A stretch of DNA of 62,954 nt, the filler included, from Olpidium bornovanus S191 (taxonomy: Eukaryota; Fungi; Olpidiomycota), in NCBI GenBank assembly GCA_017911155.1. It is 28 parts of 28 records of this genome, joined end to end, with 100 filler letters (N's around TTAATTAATTAA, not from the genome) between each part and the next. Parts side by side here need not be neighbours in the genome. Positions count along the whole stretch, not along the records: positions 46,018 to 47,862 come from JAEFCI010006190.1; positions 47,963 to 49,337 come from JAEFCI010000975.1; positions 49,438 to 52,201 come from JAEFCI010012571.1; positions 52,302 to 55,190 come from JAEFCI010005858.1; positions 55,291 to 58,832 come from JAEFCI010005303.1; positions 58,933 to 61,569 come from JAEFCI010003659.1; 22 more parts are not named here. The stretch is one strand, 5' to 3'. Shown here in pieces: positions 46,853 to 61,228 of this stretch. The position numbers and the translations under genes are program-made. Under the pieces are notes generated by a model. The model was given only the letters and a program-made list of their open reading frames with translations. It was not told the DNA's origin and ran no database searches. Position 1 is the first letter of the stretch. Each line of letters opens with the position of its first letter.

Positions 46853-47472
46853 ATGCCGCACTCCTTCGGTCTCCGTGCCCGCACGCGGCACATGTTCGCC
46901 CAGAAGTTCAGGCAGCACGGCCCGGTGAAGCTGTCTACCTACCTGAAAACCTACAAAGTTGGTGACATTGTCGACATCAAGGCGAACGCCTCCATCCAGA
47001 AGGGCATGCCGCACAAGTTTTACCACGGTCGCACGGGTGTGGTGTACAACGTCACCAAGTCGGCCGTCGGGGTTATCGTGAACAAGCGCGTCGGAAACCG
47101 TTACATCGAGAAGCGCGTCAACATCCGCATCGAGCACATCCGTCACTCGAAGTGCCGGGACGATTTCCTGCGCCGCGTGAAGGAAAACGCCGCCGCGCGT
47201 AAGGAGGCGAAAGCAAAGGGCGGTGAGTAGTCTTTGATTCTTCCAGCTACATGGCTTTTTATTGCCGGTTCGCCGACTGGCAAGTTTCCTTGCCGGCTTT
47301 TTGGTGGCCGAGAGCACGTCTGAGCCGTTCCGTATCGTCCGCCTCGTTCTGCAACACAGTGAAGGTCCACCTGAAGCGTCTCCCTGCCCAACCACGTGAG
47401 GCCCGCTTCGTCTCCGCTAAGAAGAACGCTCCGACCACCATCGCCCCCATCCCGTTCGACACCATGGTTTAA
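46853..47472 (+). CDS. RPL21: 60S ribosomal protein L21 (eL21)
   Basis: Exons 46853-47222 and 47360-47472 give [30 protein letters not shown]|[23 protein letters not shown]. Confidence 0.98.
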
Positions 47473-47962
47473 ACTGCTTCGCGAATGCAACACTGCCTGT
47501 TTCGACGGACGCGACTGTTGGTCGGAACACTATTTGATGTTGTGTGTCATGCTACCGTCAATCTTCTGTGAAGTTGGTTTGTGTATATTTGCAGGTTGCC
47601 AGCGCAGGCCATTGCGGGGGGTGTAGACGAAGTCAACGGAAAATGCGGTTGCTTTACATTCTGGACCCGTCACTGATGCACCCGACGCAGACTCGCATTT
47701 AAAGCGGCGCTAATTCTTATCCCGGCGACCAGCCCCGCGACCATGATGTGCGCAGATGAAGCATTGTCCACAACCTCCACAACGAAAACAGCAGCTCCAA
47801 AATTCCCTTGAACTAAGGTGCCTGCGTACGGTGTTTGAGCCACCGTGACTCACACTTCTGCGNNNNNNNNNNNNNNNNNNNNNNNNNNNNNNNNNNNNNN
47901 NNNNNNTTAATTAATTAANNNNNNNNNNNNNNNNNNNNNNNNNNNNNNNNNNNNNNNNNNNN

Positions 47963-48998
47963 CATGTCATTTACACCCGGAAATGCGCGGTCGCAGGCGG
48001 CAGACGACGACCTCCTTGGTTTTCGCTTTAAGGAGCTGGAGGAGTCTCTCGGCGGGCTGAACCTGTTCAGGGATATCCTGGGCCTGGACGGGGCCGATGC
48101 AGCAGAGGTGTGGAGAGTATACCCTGTCTGCCGCCAATATATATTATGCTAAAACTACTAAGTTTGCGCGCGGAACGAACGTCCCGGCGGCAATAGATGG
48201 ACGAAGAGCTGTCAAGCGGCAGGCAGCCGCCCCCGCCGCTAATTCCCATAGCAGGTGCAGCGCCAGCTTTACCTCTGACGTTGCCGGTTGGAACAGCTGC
48301 AGCCGCGGCAGGCAGAGATGTCCCGCAGGCGGTGACGCGAAAGCCCACATTGGCCGAGGACAACGAAGACATGGAGGCGCTGTTTCAGCCGGGGGACCGC
48401 AAGCAACGACCGCTGCGGCCGGCTGACTCAGCCAACGGTCCGTCTCAGGCGGCGAAGACTATGCTGCCAACCGGTACTGCTCCTCCGAACGCGGCGGATA
48501 CGAAGACTTCGAAAAAGCAAACGGCGCCGTCACCTTTCGCCGTTGAAGGAGAAGTGGCGAAACAAGGCCTTCCAAGCGCCGTCACCGCAAACCATTCACG
48601 TGCTCCTGCGGCTGCTCTGATTCATGCGAAGGGGGGGATGAGAGCTGCACCACCCACTAGCGGCACCATTGACAGATCTAGAACGGGTACGACAACCCGC
48701 TGGCCGAAAATCCGGGGAGCCTCGGCAGGCGTGGAGTTTCGCTCTGATCAGACGCTTTTTAGACGCCCGCCGCGCAGACGAAGATGAGCTTGACTATCTC
48801 CTGTCCTTGGACGACGGCAAGTGGCCTCAGGCGCCCTTGCCGAGCCAGCGGTTGCTGCCAAGGCCCCGGCCCGTCCCCGTGGCGAGCAAAGGCGGCGGCG
48901 TCAAGGCTCCGCCGAGACCAGGCGGGCCAGCGGCCCGACAACCCGGGGCCAAAGCCACAGACGACCAGGACTTTTTGGATGATCTCCTGGGCTCGTAA
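47963..48998 (+). CDS. Hypothetical protein, C-terminal part (weakly Aven-like)
   Basis: Exons 47963-48107, 48197-48686 and 48763-48998. Acidic motifs DEDELDYLLSL and terminal DDQDFLDDLLGS* resemble Aven-like C-termini. Confidence 0.5.
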
Positions 48999-49547
48999 AA
49001 TCCAAAAAAGAAGAATATTGCATTTTCTCCGGCGCACGTTTCGCCACGGCCGTTAATTTGATCTTACAATCGCAGTGGCCGTAAAAAGCGGGCAAGTCAA
49101 AATCAGGCGCATTGGCTGAAGCGTTTCGGCTCTGACGCGATTCTGGTCGTGCCACGATGAGGACACCGAGGTACAGAACGGGGCCCGGCAGCCGGGATTC
49201 ACCTCCTCGGTTGCGACATGCAAAGAAATATTGATGGTGGATTCCGTGTCACAGTACCTGGAACCTATCCTCGCCACTGAGAAGGAAATATTTCTTTGTG
49301 CTTTTCCGGCCTATCGTAGTGCAGCTTTAAGGAGGGGNNNNNNNNNNNNNNNNNNNNNNNNNNNNNNNNNNNNNNNNNNNNTTAATTAATTAANNNNNNN
49401 NNNNNNNNNNNNNNNNNNNNNNNNNNNNNNNNNNNNNGAGGGGGGGGGGAACACCGTTTCGGCCTTGCGGGGGGAAGCGGTCGTTTTCTGCCGGCAAAGA
49501 GGGAGCATCGAGGAGCCGCGTTTTTCTCGTGAAAAGCCGGGAAAGCC

Positions 49548-51948
<2,401 letters not shown>

Positions 51949-52302
51949 TCACCCCCCCCCCCCTTTCCCCTCCCTCTTTCCCCCCCCCTTGTGCGGGGAA
52001 ACAGTTTGCTAAACTTGCGGCGCGTGGGAAGGAGGGGGGAAGGGCGGAGGGGGGGAAGGGGGGTGGGGGGGGGGGGGGGGGGGGGGGGGTCGAGAATTCG
52101 GTACTGATTCGTCGTCGGTTGGACTGCGGTCTGGCTACCACAGCATGGAATTAATGGACGCAGGATCATTAGACCGGCTATACGGCGAAAACGTCCCAGA
52201 ANNNNNNNNNNNNNNNNNNNNNNNNNNNNNNNNNNNNNNNNNNNNTTAATTAATTAANNNNNNNNNNNNNNNNNNNNNNNNNNNNNNNNNNNNNNNNNNN
52301 NC

Positions 52303-52334
<32 letters not shown>

Positions 52335-52339
52335 CCCCG

Positions 52340-52408
<69 letters not shown>

Positions 52409-53288
52409 GTCCCCCCCCCCCCCCCCCCCTCCCCCCCCCCCATTTTATTTGGGGGCCCCCCCCCGCCGATGTGAGAAACGCCCGGCGCCCCCTGCCCCCC
52501 CCCCCCGCCTTATCCCCGTGCGCGGAGGGGGGGCGGTAAAGCGGAGGGTGCTCCCGCCAGGCCCCCCCCTCTCTCTCTCTCTTTTTCTCTTTCTTTCTTG
52601 CTCTCTCTCTCTCTCTCTCTCGCTCTCTTTGCTTATCTGCTCTCTCCGTCGTCGCTCTCGCGCGCCCTCTCTTCCCCTGTATTTTGTCTTTTTTTTTTTT
52701 TTTTTTTTTTCCTCTCTTTTGCCGCCGGAACAAAACGCCGCGCCCCTCGCGCCGAAAACGCGTGCTCCGCGCTTTCGCACGCACACCGCCCCGCGCCGCA
52801 CCGTCCCGCCCGCTTCTCTGCGCCTGGTGAGTCGAGAACCCCCTCCGCCGCGCTGCTTGCCTTCCCGGCCCGTCGAGGAAACGGGGAGAGCGGACGGGAC
52901 GGGCCTGGCGTGGGTCGGCGCAGAGCTAAACGGGACGGAAAATGGGCGGCGAGAGCGGACAGAGGGCGGGAAGGGTCGGCGGAGGAGGAGAAAGAGAGAG
53001 GGAGGATCCCTTCGCCGGTCGAGAGTGCCGTCCGCCACACGGCCCGCGTTTCCCGCGTCAGCGGAACCGCCGAGCGGAAACGACCCCCGGCACCCATCGC
53101 CGCCCCGTCGTTGCCCGACTGACGGAACCAAAGTTTTCGCGTGGAGGAAAAGAGGGGCAAAAAAAAAAAAAAAAAAAAAAGACCTGAAAGCAAAAGCAAA
53201 AAAAAAGACCTGAAAGCAAAAGCAAAAAAAAAACCCCCACCACCGGACCGAAACCCGGGCGGCTAGGAAGCGGAACAAAAAAAAAAGC

Positions 53289-54525
53289 ATGGCGTCGTTG
53301 ATACGAGCGTTCCTGGACTGGCTGCGGAGCTTGCTGTGGAAGGAGGAGATGGAGCTTAGTCTCGTGGGCTTGCAGAACTCGGGCAAGACGACCTTGGTCA
53401 ACGTCATCGCAGTACGTCAAAACGAACAGAGACGGGGGGAAAAACTGGGCTTGCGGTGGGTGGGTGGCGGGGGGGAGTTCCCCGGGACGTAAACCGGCCG
53501 GGAGTGCTTTTTCTTTTTCTTTTTCTTTTTCTTTAAAGAATAAAAAGGGAGACCGGTGACGTCCGCGGGTCCCTCGCTCCCCAGTCCGGCCAGTTCAGCG
53601 AGGACATGATCCCGACCGTCGGTTTCAACATGCGGAAGGTCGCCATCGGCAACTGCGTGATCAAGCTCTGGGACATCGGCGGCCAGCCCCGGTTCCGGAG
53701 CATGTGGGAGAGGTACTGTCGGGGGATGAACGCCATCGTGTAAGTTCGGTTCCCGACGTCGGCGGCCTGCCGGACGCGGGCGCGGATACACCCGGGCCCG
53801 CGCGCGCCCGCGCGCCTCGGCGCTGCTGCGGCGAGGCAGGCGGACAGGAATCGGTCGCGAAGAAGAGAAAGGAAAAAAAAAAAAAAAAAAAAAAAAGAAG
53901 AAGAAGCACGTCGCGAGCCCGCGCTTTTGATCGCGCGCAGCCTCTTTGCAGGGGAAATACACAGCCGAGGCCCCTGGTTGAGCGCCGGCGGCGTTTTTTT
54001 TTTTTTTTTTGGTGCGTGTTCCCCAGCTCGATTTTCCCGCGGGACTTTGACGCTTCTTTCGCCAAACTCGGTGCGAAAAACAGGTACGTAATGGACGCGG
54101 CGGACCCGGCCAAGTTTGAGGCGGCCAAGATAGAACTGCATTCCCTGCTGGAGAAGCCGCAACTGGCCGGGATCCCGGTTCTGGTCCTCGGCAACAAGAA
54201 CGATCTGCAGGGAGCGCTGAACGTCCAGCAAATAATCGACACCCTGTACGTAACCCGGCGGCCCAGGCGAACCGCCAACACCCCCCCCCCCCCTTCGCGG
54301 CCCTCCCTGCGGTTTCGTTCCACGCCCGCCCGCGATTCGCGTATGCTTTTTTTCTTCCTAAACTTCTCTTTCGCCTTCATCGTCGCTTTCTTACTGTGTG
54401 CCCGCAGTGGTCTCAAAAACATTGCCAACCGCCGAGTTTCCTGCTACTCGATTTCGGCAAAGAACCAAGTGAACATTGACGTGACTATAAACTGGCTCCT
54501 CACGCATGCAAAGTCCCAGAAATGA
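53289..54525 (+). CDS. ARL8: ARF-like GTPase ARL8 (complete)
   Basis: Exons 53289-53411, 53585-53739, 54084-54245 and 54408-54525. Motifs: [44 protein letters not shown]. Confidence 0.97.
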
Positions 54526-55033
54526 GGGCGCGGGCCAATTTTTTTTTTCCCTTTTCTTCTTTCTCTGGCATATTTTCCTCCTTTCTTCACATGATCGCGG
54601 CGCTTGGCCTCTTCAAAGGCTGAAATCCGTACGATCTGCAATCAGCGGAGCGGACAGGCGGGGTGAGTCCTTATGGAGTATAGACGGGATGGGCTATGAC
54701 GGTTCGAAATAGAACGCTGTTGCAAGCGACCCCGGGACTCTCTAGAGCCGGCAGGTGGATTTCTCATGTCTCCATGCCGTCTCGCCGGCGACGCCGCGCT
54801 ACCTCCCTCAGCGACTCGAGGCCTGTTCGCGACAAGTCTCCGACGACGCCGGTGAAACAATGCTGAAGGGGGAGGGGAAGGGTATTATCGGTGCCGGAAA
54901 AATGGCGTTAGTGGCCACTGAGTGTATATATGTGCTTCGGGGGGGGGGGGGGGGGGGGGGGGGGGGAGGGGGAGAGGAAATTGGACGAAGTTTCGACAAG
55001 AGAATTTCGACCGCGAGTGAAAAGCTCGCGCAC

Positions 55034-55190
55034 CTCCACCAGCGAGTCACAGTCGAGCATTTTCTTGGGCATGTTCTGCACGAATTGGAAGACGTCGAGG
55101 GGGTTTTTGAGCGCCAGGATTGCATCTTCGTGGATCTTAAATAGGGAGAGGGCCACGCGAAAGAGGATCTTGTTGCCTTCGCTGGGTCAC
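55034..55190 (-). CDS. TBC (Rab-GAP) domain protein, C-terminal exon
   Basis: SEGNKILFRVALSLFKIHEDAIL...FVQNMPKKMLDC followed by a GTGCGC donor. EG.KILFRVAL is the TBC C-terminal signature. Confidence 0.85.
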
Positions 55191-55746
55191 NNNNNNNNNN
55201 NNNNNNNNNNNNNNNNNNNNNNNNNNNNNNNNNNTTAATTAATTAANNNNNNNNNNNNNNNNNNNNNNNNNNNNNNNNNNNNNNNNNNNNCCCCCCCCCC
55301 CCCCCCCCCCCCCCCACCCACCATCAGTCCCGTGCCGCCCCCGCGCGACTCGGCGAGCTTCTCAGGGCGATGGAAGTCGCGACCTTCGGCCCCGCGCCGC
55401 CCGTGCGTCGCCTCCAGCTCCGCACTCCTTCCACCGGCTGGGTGGTCGCCGCCGCCCAGGAGTGCGCGCATTCCGCCGCCCCCCCGGGCGCCGTGCAGTC
55501 TTCGCTTTCGCGCGGCGGCCTTGTCCCGGCCCCGCCTCCGCGGAGGAACGAACACGCGAGGATACCGCCCCCTCCGGTCGATGTGCCCGGCGCGTCCGGC
55601 GTCCCGGCGACGCCCACCTTTCCGCCTCAGCAGGTCCGTTGCGGACATCGGCTGGCATCCGCGCACACCCCCCCCCCCCCTTTTCCCCCCGTTCGCGGGC
55701 GCGTCGTAGTCGATCTGACCTGGCCCCGTCCCCCCGTGCTCTTTAG

Positions 55747-57841
55747 GTGGTCATGTCGACGGCGTCGTCGTGCACCACTCGTCGCGAGACTGGACATGCT
55801 CCAGATGTTCAACACCCGCGTTTCTCTGGGGCCGATGTCGCCGCCAGCGCCGCTTTCCCTTTCCCCGTCAGGGTGCCGCGTCCCGCCTCTTTCTACCCCA
55901 CTCCTGCCATGTCGCCCGACCTGGGCGCCGCCTCCCCCGAACCGCTGTCGGGCGACCTCGGTGTTTTTCTCACCACGGCCGGTGACTTCAGCGCCGGCCT
56001 CCTTTCGTCTCTGGAACCCTCCGCTTCCGCGGCGGGCCTTGCCGCCTGCCGCCGGGTCGTGGCCCTGCCCGACTTCGCCGGAGTGGCCAAGATTGCCGGC
56101 GCCGTGCTCTCGCCAACAACATCCACGCATTCAATCCTACCCGCGCTCGGTTGCCGGGACGGAACGCTGTTTGACCCTCGGTTGAAGGATGCCGGAGAGG
56201 ACGCTTTGCCTGTCTCTAAGATCACTATGTCCGAGATGAAGCAGATGGAGGAGCTCGACGTGACGTGGTCGGCCATGATGACCTCCGTGCTGGACTCGGA
56301 CTGCGTCAGCCTTGGCCTGGCTACCGAGATGAACTGGACGGACAGTACGCTTTGCGGCGTGGTGCGTGTGCTGGTTTCCTGTCTGCCGGCGGATTCGGCC
56401 TTCAATCCCGGCCGCTCCACGGTCACTAACCCCTTGCTCCTTGCCTTGCACTCCCGCCACAGCACCCTGGCCCGACGCTCGACGACGTGCTCCCTTCGCC
56501 GGAAGACGGTTTTTTTGGCGATTTCGAATCGCCTCTCGCTGTTTCTCAGGCGACCGGCGGTGTATATCACGGAGTAGTTAACGCCGGCGTGCCGGAAAAG
56601 CAGGCTGACACGGGGCTTCGGACGTCCGCGGAAAACTTCATCCTGTCTTCCGCTCCGCCCACCCCGAAGGTCGCGACATATACCGCGGCGGGGAAGCCGT
56701 TGGAAGTCTCCATGCCCGATTCTGCAGTAGCGGAGGAGCTGTTGTACATTCCAGAGGTTCCTGCGCCTGGTAAGGAGGGCAGAGCTGGTCGTGAGTCCCG
56801 TGCGGCGGCTTTGTCCTTCTCCTTCCGCATCTGGCAAAATCTGAACCCAACAACGGTGCTTGCTCAGCCGCGATGCCGCTCTTGTCGGCGGGTGAAATGA
56901 AACGGGAGGGATTTGTCGCCTCTGGCCGCGAGGAATCCACCACCACCGATTTCGATGTGGACGACAAGCGCTTGGCCTTTGGAACTCGCTCCGATTTTGC
57001 CAACGACATGCTGGAGAGCATCGAAGACATGCCGGCCGGTCAGACCAGCCCGGCCCGGTGCCGCGAACCGGAATGTGGTTGTCTCGTCGACATGGCGTGT
57101 GACGCGGTTTTGCTCGCGAGGGAGCTGGGCACTGTCGGCGAGCGGGTCAAGAGGAATAGGGAACGCACCGGCAGGGGAGGGACGGCGGCCGCAGCCGCAT
57201 TTTCCGACGAAGACGATGACGACGATCGCAGCGAGCTGATCAGCATCGACGAGGACGACAGCGGCGAATATTGCGAGGAGAACAGCTCGGACGGCGAGTT
57301 CAAGGGGCGTATGCCGGCGTTTCGGAAGGCGGCGGCGGCGGCGGCCAACAAGCCGGTCCCCGCATCCGCGTCGAGTGCTGAGAAGTCCTGCCGTCGCAGT
57401 TCCAAGCGCTCGGGGCGCTCCTCGTGGGGCGAGACGGGAAATGTGCACCACCCGGCGGCGCCGAAGTCTCGCCGCCGCGTGTCGACCTCCTCGTCGTCGT
57501 CCGGCTTCGGGTCCGGATCCAGAGACAGCAAGCGCTCCGGCAGGCCGTACGAGTGCGCCACGTGCGACGCCGCGTTCTCGCGCGGCCACGACCTGCGCCG
57601 CCACGAGCGCATCCACTCGCAGGTCCGGGATTTCCAGTGTGACATGTGCTGCCGCCGGTTCTCGAGGCGGGACGCGCTCAAGCGCCACGAGGGCGTCTGC
57701 CGGTCCGGCGGGAAATGCAGGAGGGCGGCGAGGCGGGAGCCTTCCGCCGGTCCGGACGAGATTTTCCTAGACAAGGCTGCCGCCGACCGCCGGCGCCCAG
57801 TTCGGCGCGCAGTGAAGCGCGCCAAGGCGAGGCCCGCCTGA
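55747..57841 (+). CDS. C2H2 zinc-finger transcription factor (5-prime structure uncertain)
   Basis: The last exon has two Kruppel-type fingers, YECATCDAAFSRGHDLRRHERIH and FQCDMCCRRFSRRDALKRH (about 57545-57700). Upstream exons are acidic and Ser/Ala-rich. Confidence 0.9.
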
Positions 57842-58139
57842 GTTTGCCTCATTTCCCCCCCCCCGCCCGGGACCTCGCTCTTTTTTTTTTGTTGGGAAGG
57901 CTCCTTTTTCCCTCCCGTTATCCCCACCTTTTGGACGCGTCGCGCTTGGAAAGCGGGACGTAACGCGAACACATTTACCAACCTCCCTCGTCGACCCAAG
58001 GGCACCCCGGCGCACTCCGTGGCGCCACTTCCTGAAGAGCTGTAAGGATACCGAGTCTCCCGCGTGTCATATTTCACTACCCTCACATTTCTCAGCCCCG
58101 ATACCCCGGCTACCTTCCTCCTCTCACTCCACCACTTCC

Positions 58140-58310
58140 TCCGCTACCTCCACACACACACACACACACCCTCACACACCCTCACACACCTCACTCGCAC
58201 TCACGCACGCTCAAACAAACACCCACCCACTCACACACACACACATATACAAAACACACTCTCACACACTCTCACACACTCTCACACACTCTCTCACACA
58301 CACGCACACT
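58140..58310. repeat. CA/CT-rich compound microsatellite
   Basis: ACAC/CTCACAC runs. Other microsatellites: (GA)n 2290-2400, (CT)n 12087-12132, (ATA)n 40461-40483, (AT)n/(GA)n 51103-51196, (GTGCGT)n 62697-62770. Confidence 0.95.
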
Positions 58311-58726
58311 AACACCCTCCCAAACGCCTGAATCCCCCGCAACATCAACCATCAATCATTCCTGGTACCATGTTCTCCCCGCCGTGCACAATTCCGTTTC
58401 CCGGGCCTCTTTCTGTTTTTTTTTTTTTTGTTTCTCTGGCCTCCGTGTCAAGTACGTTCTTCTTCCCTCCCCCCGTCCTCTCCGCTTTGTCCTCCGCGGA
58501 TTATCTTTCTTCTTTTCTTTCGCTCCCTCTTTTTGTTGGTTTTTAAGAAAAGTCACGCTGCGGTCCTTTTGGCCTCCCCCAGAAACATAGCATCAATTTT
58601 CCTCTCCCTCTCTTTCTCTCTCTCTCCCTCTCTCTCCAAACCGTTTGTCTCTCCCGCCCTCCCTCTTCCTCCGGTTATTCACCCGACCCCGCGGAGAAAC
58701 CACGTTTCTTTTTCTCTCTTTTCTTT

Positions 58727-58764
<38 letters not shown>

Positions 58765-58932
58765 CGGTAAGGGGACCCGCCCGTAAACCCGCCTTCGAAA
58801 AAACACGCAGCGCGTTAACACGGAAAAACAAANNNNNNNNNNNNNNNNNNNNNNNNNNNNNNNNNNNNNNNNNNNNTTAATTAATTAANNNNNNNNNNNN
58901 NNNNNNNNNNNNNNNNNNNNNNNNNNNNNNNN

Positions 58933-59815
58933 CATGATCACTGACACCGTGGGAGTCAAGAGGGTCACACAAGGTGGTCGGGGGATCCGCAACACTTTTG
59001 TCTAAGGGAGTATCTGATGACGGGAGCTTACGTTCCGCGTTCGTTGGTCTATCATATTTCGCACTGTTCTATCCTCCGATTGCGCAGTCGCTCAGCTACC
59101 CCAGACGAGCTACGTGTCCCTGCACACGCCGTACTCGCTGTTCGGTCTCGGACGGACAAATAATTACCTCGAGGCGTTGTTCGTCGGCTCCACTCGACAC
59201 CAGGTGTGTGTGGGTTTTTTTGTTATTTTTAGAGAAGCGAAAATTCTTATTAAACTTTTGTTGTGTACCGCGAACGCGGCCGTTTTAAACGCATTTACGG
59301 AGAAAGAGACGGCTAATGGAAATCGCCGCTCCCTTTTTTGCAGGAGAAGCATTACAACTCCTGGCAAGGCGTCGTCCCCAACTCGCAGCTCATCATCGTG
59401 CCGTACCAGCCGTCGGGCGTCACGGACCCGTCCAGGTACGAAGAAGTGCAGGGTTTTTCTTGCTGCCGCTCGTGAACCCCTTTGGGAGTTTGTATCTTCC
59501 TGCGATGGCCCCTCCTATTTTTTAACAATCGGCATTCCTCGCCTACGGCAGTTGGAGGATGGAACTGTACATTAACCCCAGCGACTACGCAGTCTGGGTC
59601 GTGATCGTGCTGGTCGCATCCATGGCAATACTCTCCGCGCTGGTATTCGTATTGAACTGGATGGAGAAGGTGGGAGAGCCGTCTCGTTTCGTTTTCACCG
59701 ACTTGCGCCGCGTTTTTCCCGCCTGCTGCTGACTCTGCGTAATTTTCCTTCAAAGCGGGAAGACGAGCAAGAAAAGCAGAGGAACCAGTTTCGCATCAAC
59801 TTCGACGCGCTGTGA
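58933..59815 (+). CDS. ITFG1: ITFG1/TIP/LINKIN homologue, C-terminal part
   Basis: Exons 58933-58973, 59088-59203, 59344-59435, 59552-59669 and 59756-59815. Motifs: AQLPQTSY..TPYSLFGLGRTNNYLE, VPNSQLII.PY, W..ELYINP, TM helix, W.EKREDEQEK..F.INFDAL*. Confidence 0.95.
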
Positions 59816-61117
59816 GCCGCGGAGGGGGTTGTTGGGTGGAGTGAGGGGTTCCGTTCCCCCCGGCAAGCACTTCCTGGAGATGTTCATGCTCGCAAGCATC
59901 GCGTGGAACTGTGCCTGCTGCCGCGCGAGGATTTCTTCGCCCCGCGCATATCAGCCAAGGGTTGGAAGAGTGGCCATTTTCCCACGTGCCGATCTGGGCG
60001 GCAGTGATCACTTTTCTTACCCTTTTACTGTGCAGCGTGTGCGTGTGGGTTTGTGCGTATGCTGCGGGTGTGTAACTAAGTTCTCCGATTCCGCATTTCC
60101 GGTCCTCGACAAGGTGAAATTCCCAGCAATACTCCGGTCCCCCCATTTTGTTTCCATTTTTTTTTTCCACTTGTTTGTTTATCCCCCGTCTGCGTTAATG
60201 TACAAAATGGACGGTCCTATGAAAAAAAACCTGTTTCAAGCAAATCCCACCACACGTTCCTCCCTCTCCCTGTTAACTTTTGGAGACCGGGAAAGACGCC
60301 TGGGCGCAACGAGCTCGCGAGGAGAAAACGGCTGCATTCGGGGCGTAACGGCGCTATCTGTTCTGGGCCTTTTTTATATGACGGGGAACTAGCAGTTCTC
60401 CAGGGGCAGTACAGGGGCGGTGCGTGCGGTGCGCTCACGCCTCGTTCCCCTTTATTTTATCCCTTCTGTCTCTACACCCCCACCGGCCCCGTCTCGTGGC
60501 AAACGCAGATTCATTTTTTTGTTTTTGTGCGCGAGTTTCAAATCCGTACCGGAGCCGTGGTTCCGAGTTTCCTCGACGCGGGGGGTTTTTCGTTTATTTA
60601 GTCATTTATTTGCCGCGCGAAAAGGCGGGGAGGGAGGGGGGGGGAGGTTAGGCACCGGGGCGTGTTGGTCAAAACGGAATTTGTGCGGAAAAAAGATGGG
60701 AAAAAAACCGCCTAGGATTTTTTTTTCCTGCTTGGCGGCATCGCAGCCGCCGCGCTTTCCCCGCTCCCCCCTCTCCACCCCCGCCTACCGCTCCGGGCCG
60801 CTCCGGGCGCTTTCTTCTCCCACCCGTCACCCGCCCTCCGCGCACCAGAGCCCGCTTCCCGCCTCCTCCCCACCCGCTCGCGCCACCGGACGAGGAGAGA
60901 CCCTTTCCGGCCAGCCCTGAAGGTCAGCAGTCCCGTAAAGCGGCCCCTCCCTTTCCGAGAAGCGCGCGATGCGCCTGCCGCGGTTCCTGGGGGACATGCC
61001 GCTTCGGGAGCAGGCGCTGCCGGCCGCCGCCGCCGAGGAGTGCGCGTTTAGTGTGGCCCCTCCTTGGCGGGGCGCACGCGCTCGAGCGAGGTCCTTCTTA
61101 CCGCAGCTGCAACGGCG

Positions 61118-61228
61118 CGGAGAAGCGTGTTTACCCGTTCCCCCGTGGGATAAACGTGTTTACGCGTTCTCCCTCGGAGAAGCGTGTTTACGCGTTCCCC
61201 CTCGGAGAAGCGTGTTACGCGTTCTCGC
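61118..61228. repeat. Four ~27-30-bp tandem repeats containing ACGCGT
   Basis: CGGAGAAGCGTGTTTACGCGTTCCCCT-like units at 61118, 61145, 61175 and 61202, plus a decayed fifth. Confidence 0.9.

Noticed and set aside
47223-47359. Intronic snoRNA in RPL21
   Set aside because: A CTGA is present but there is no convincing RUGAUGA C box, terminal stem or H/ACA pattern.
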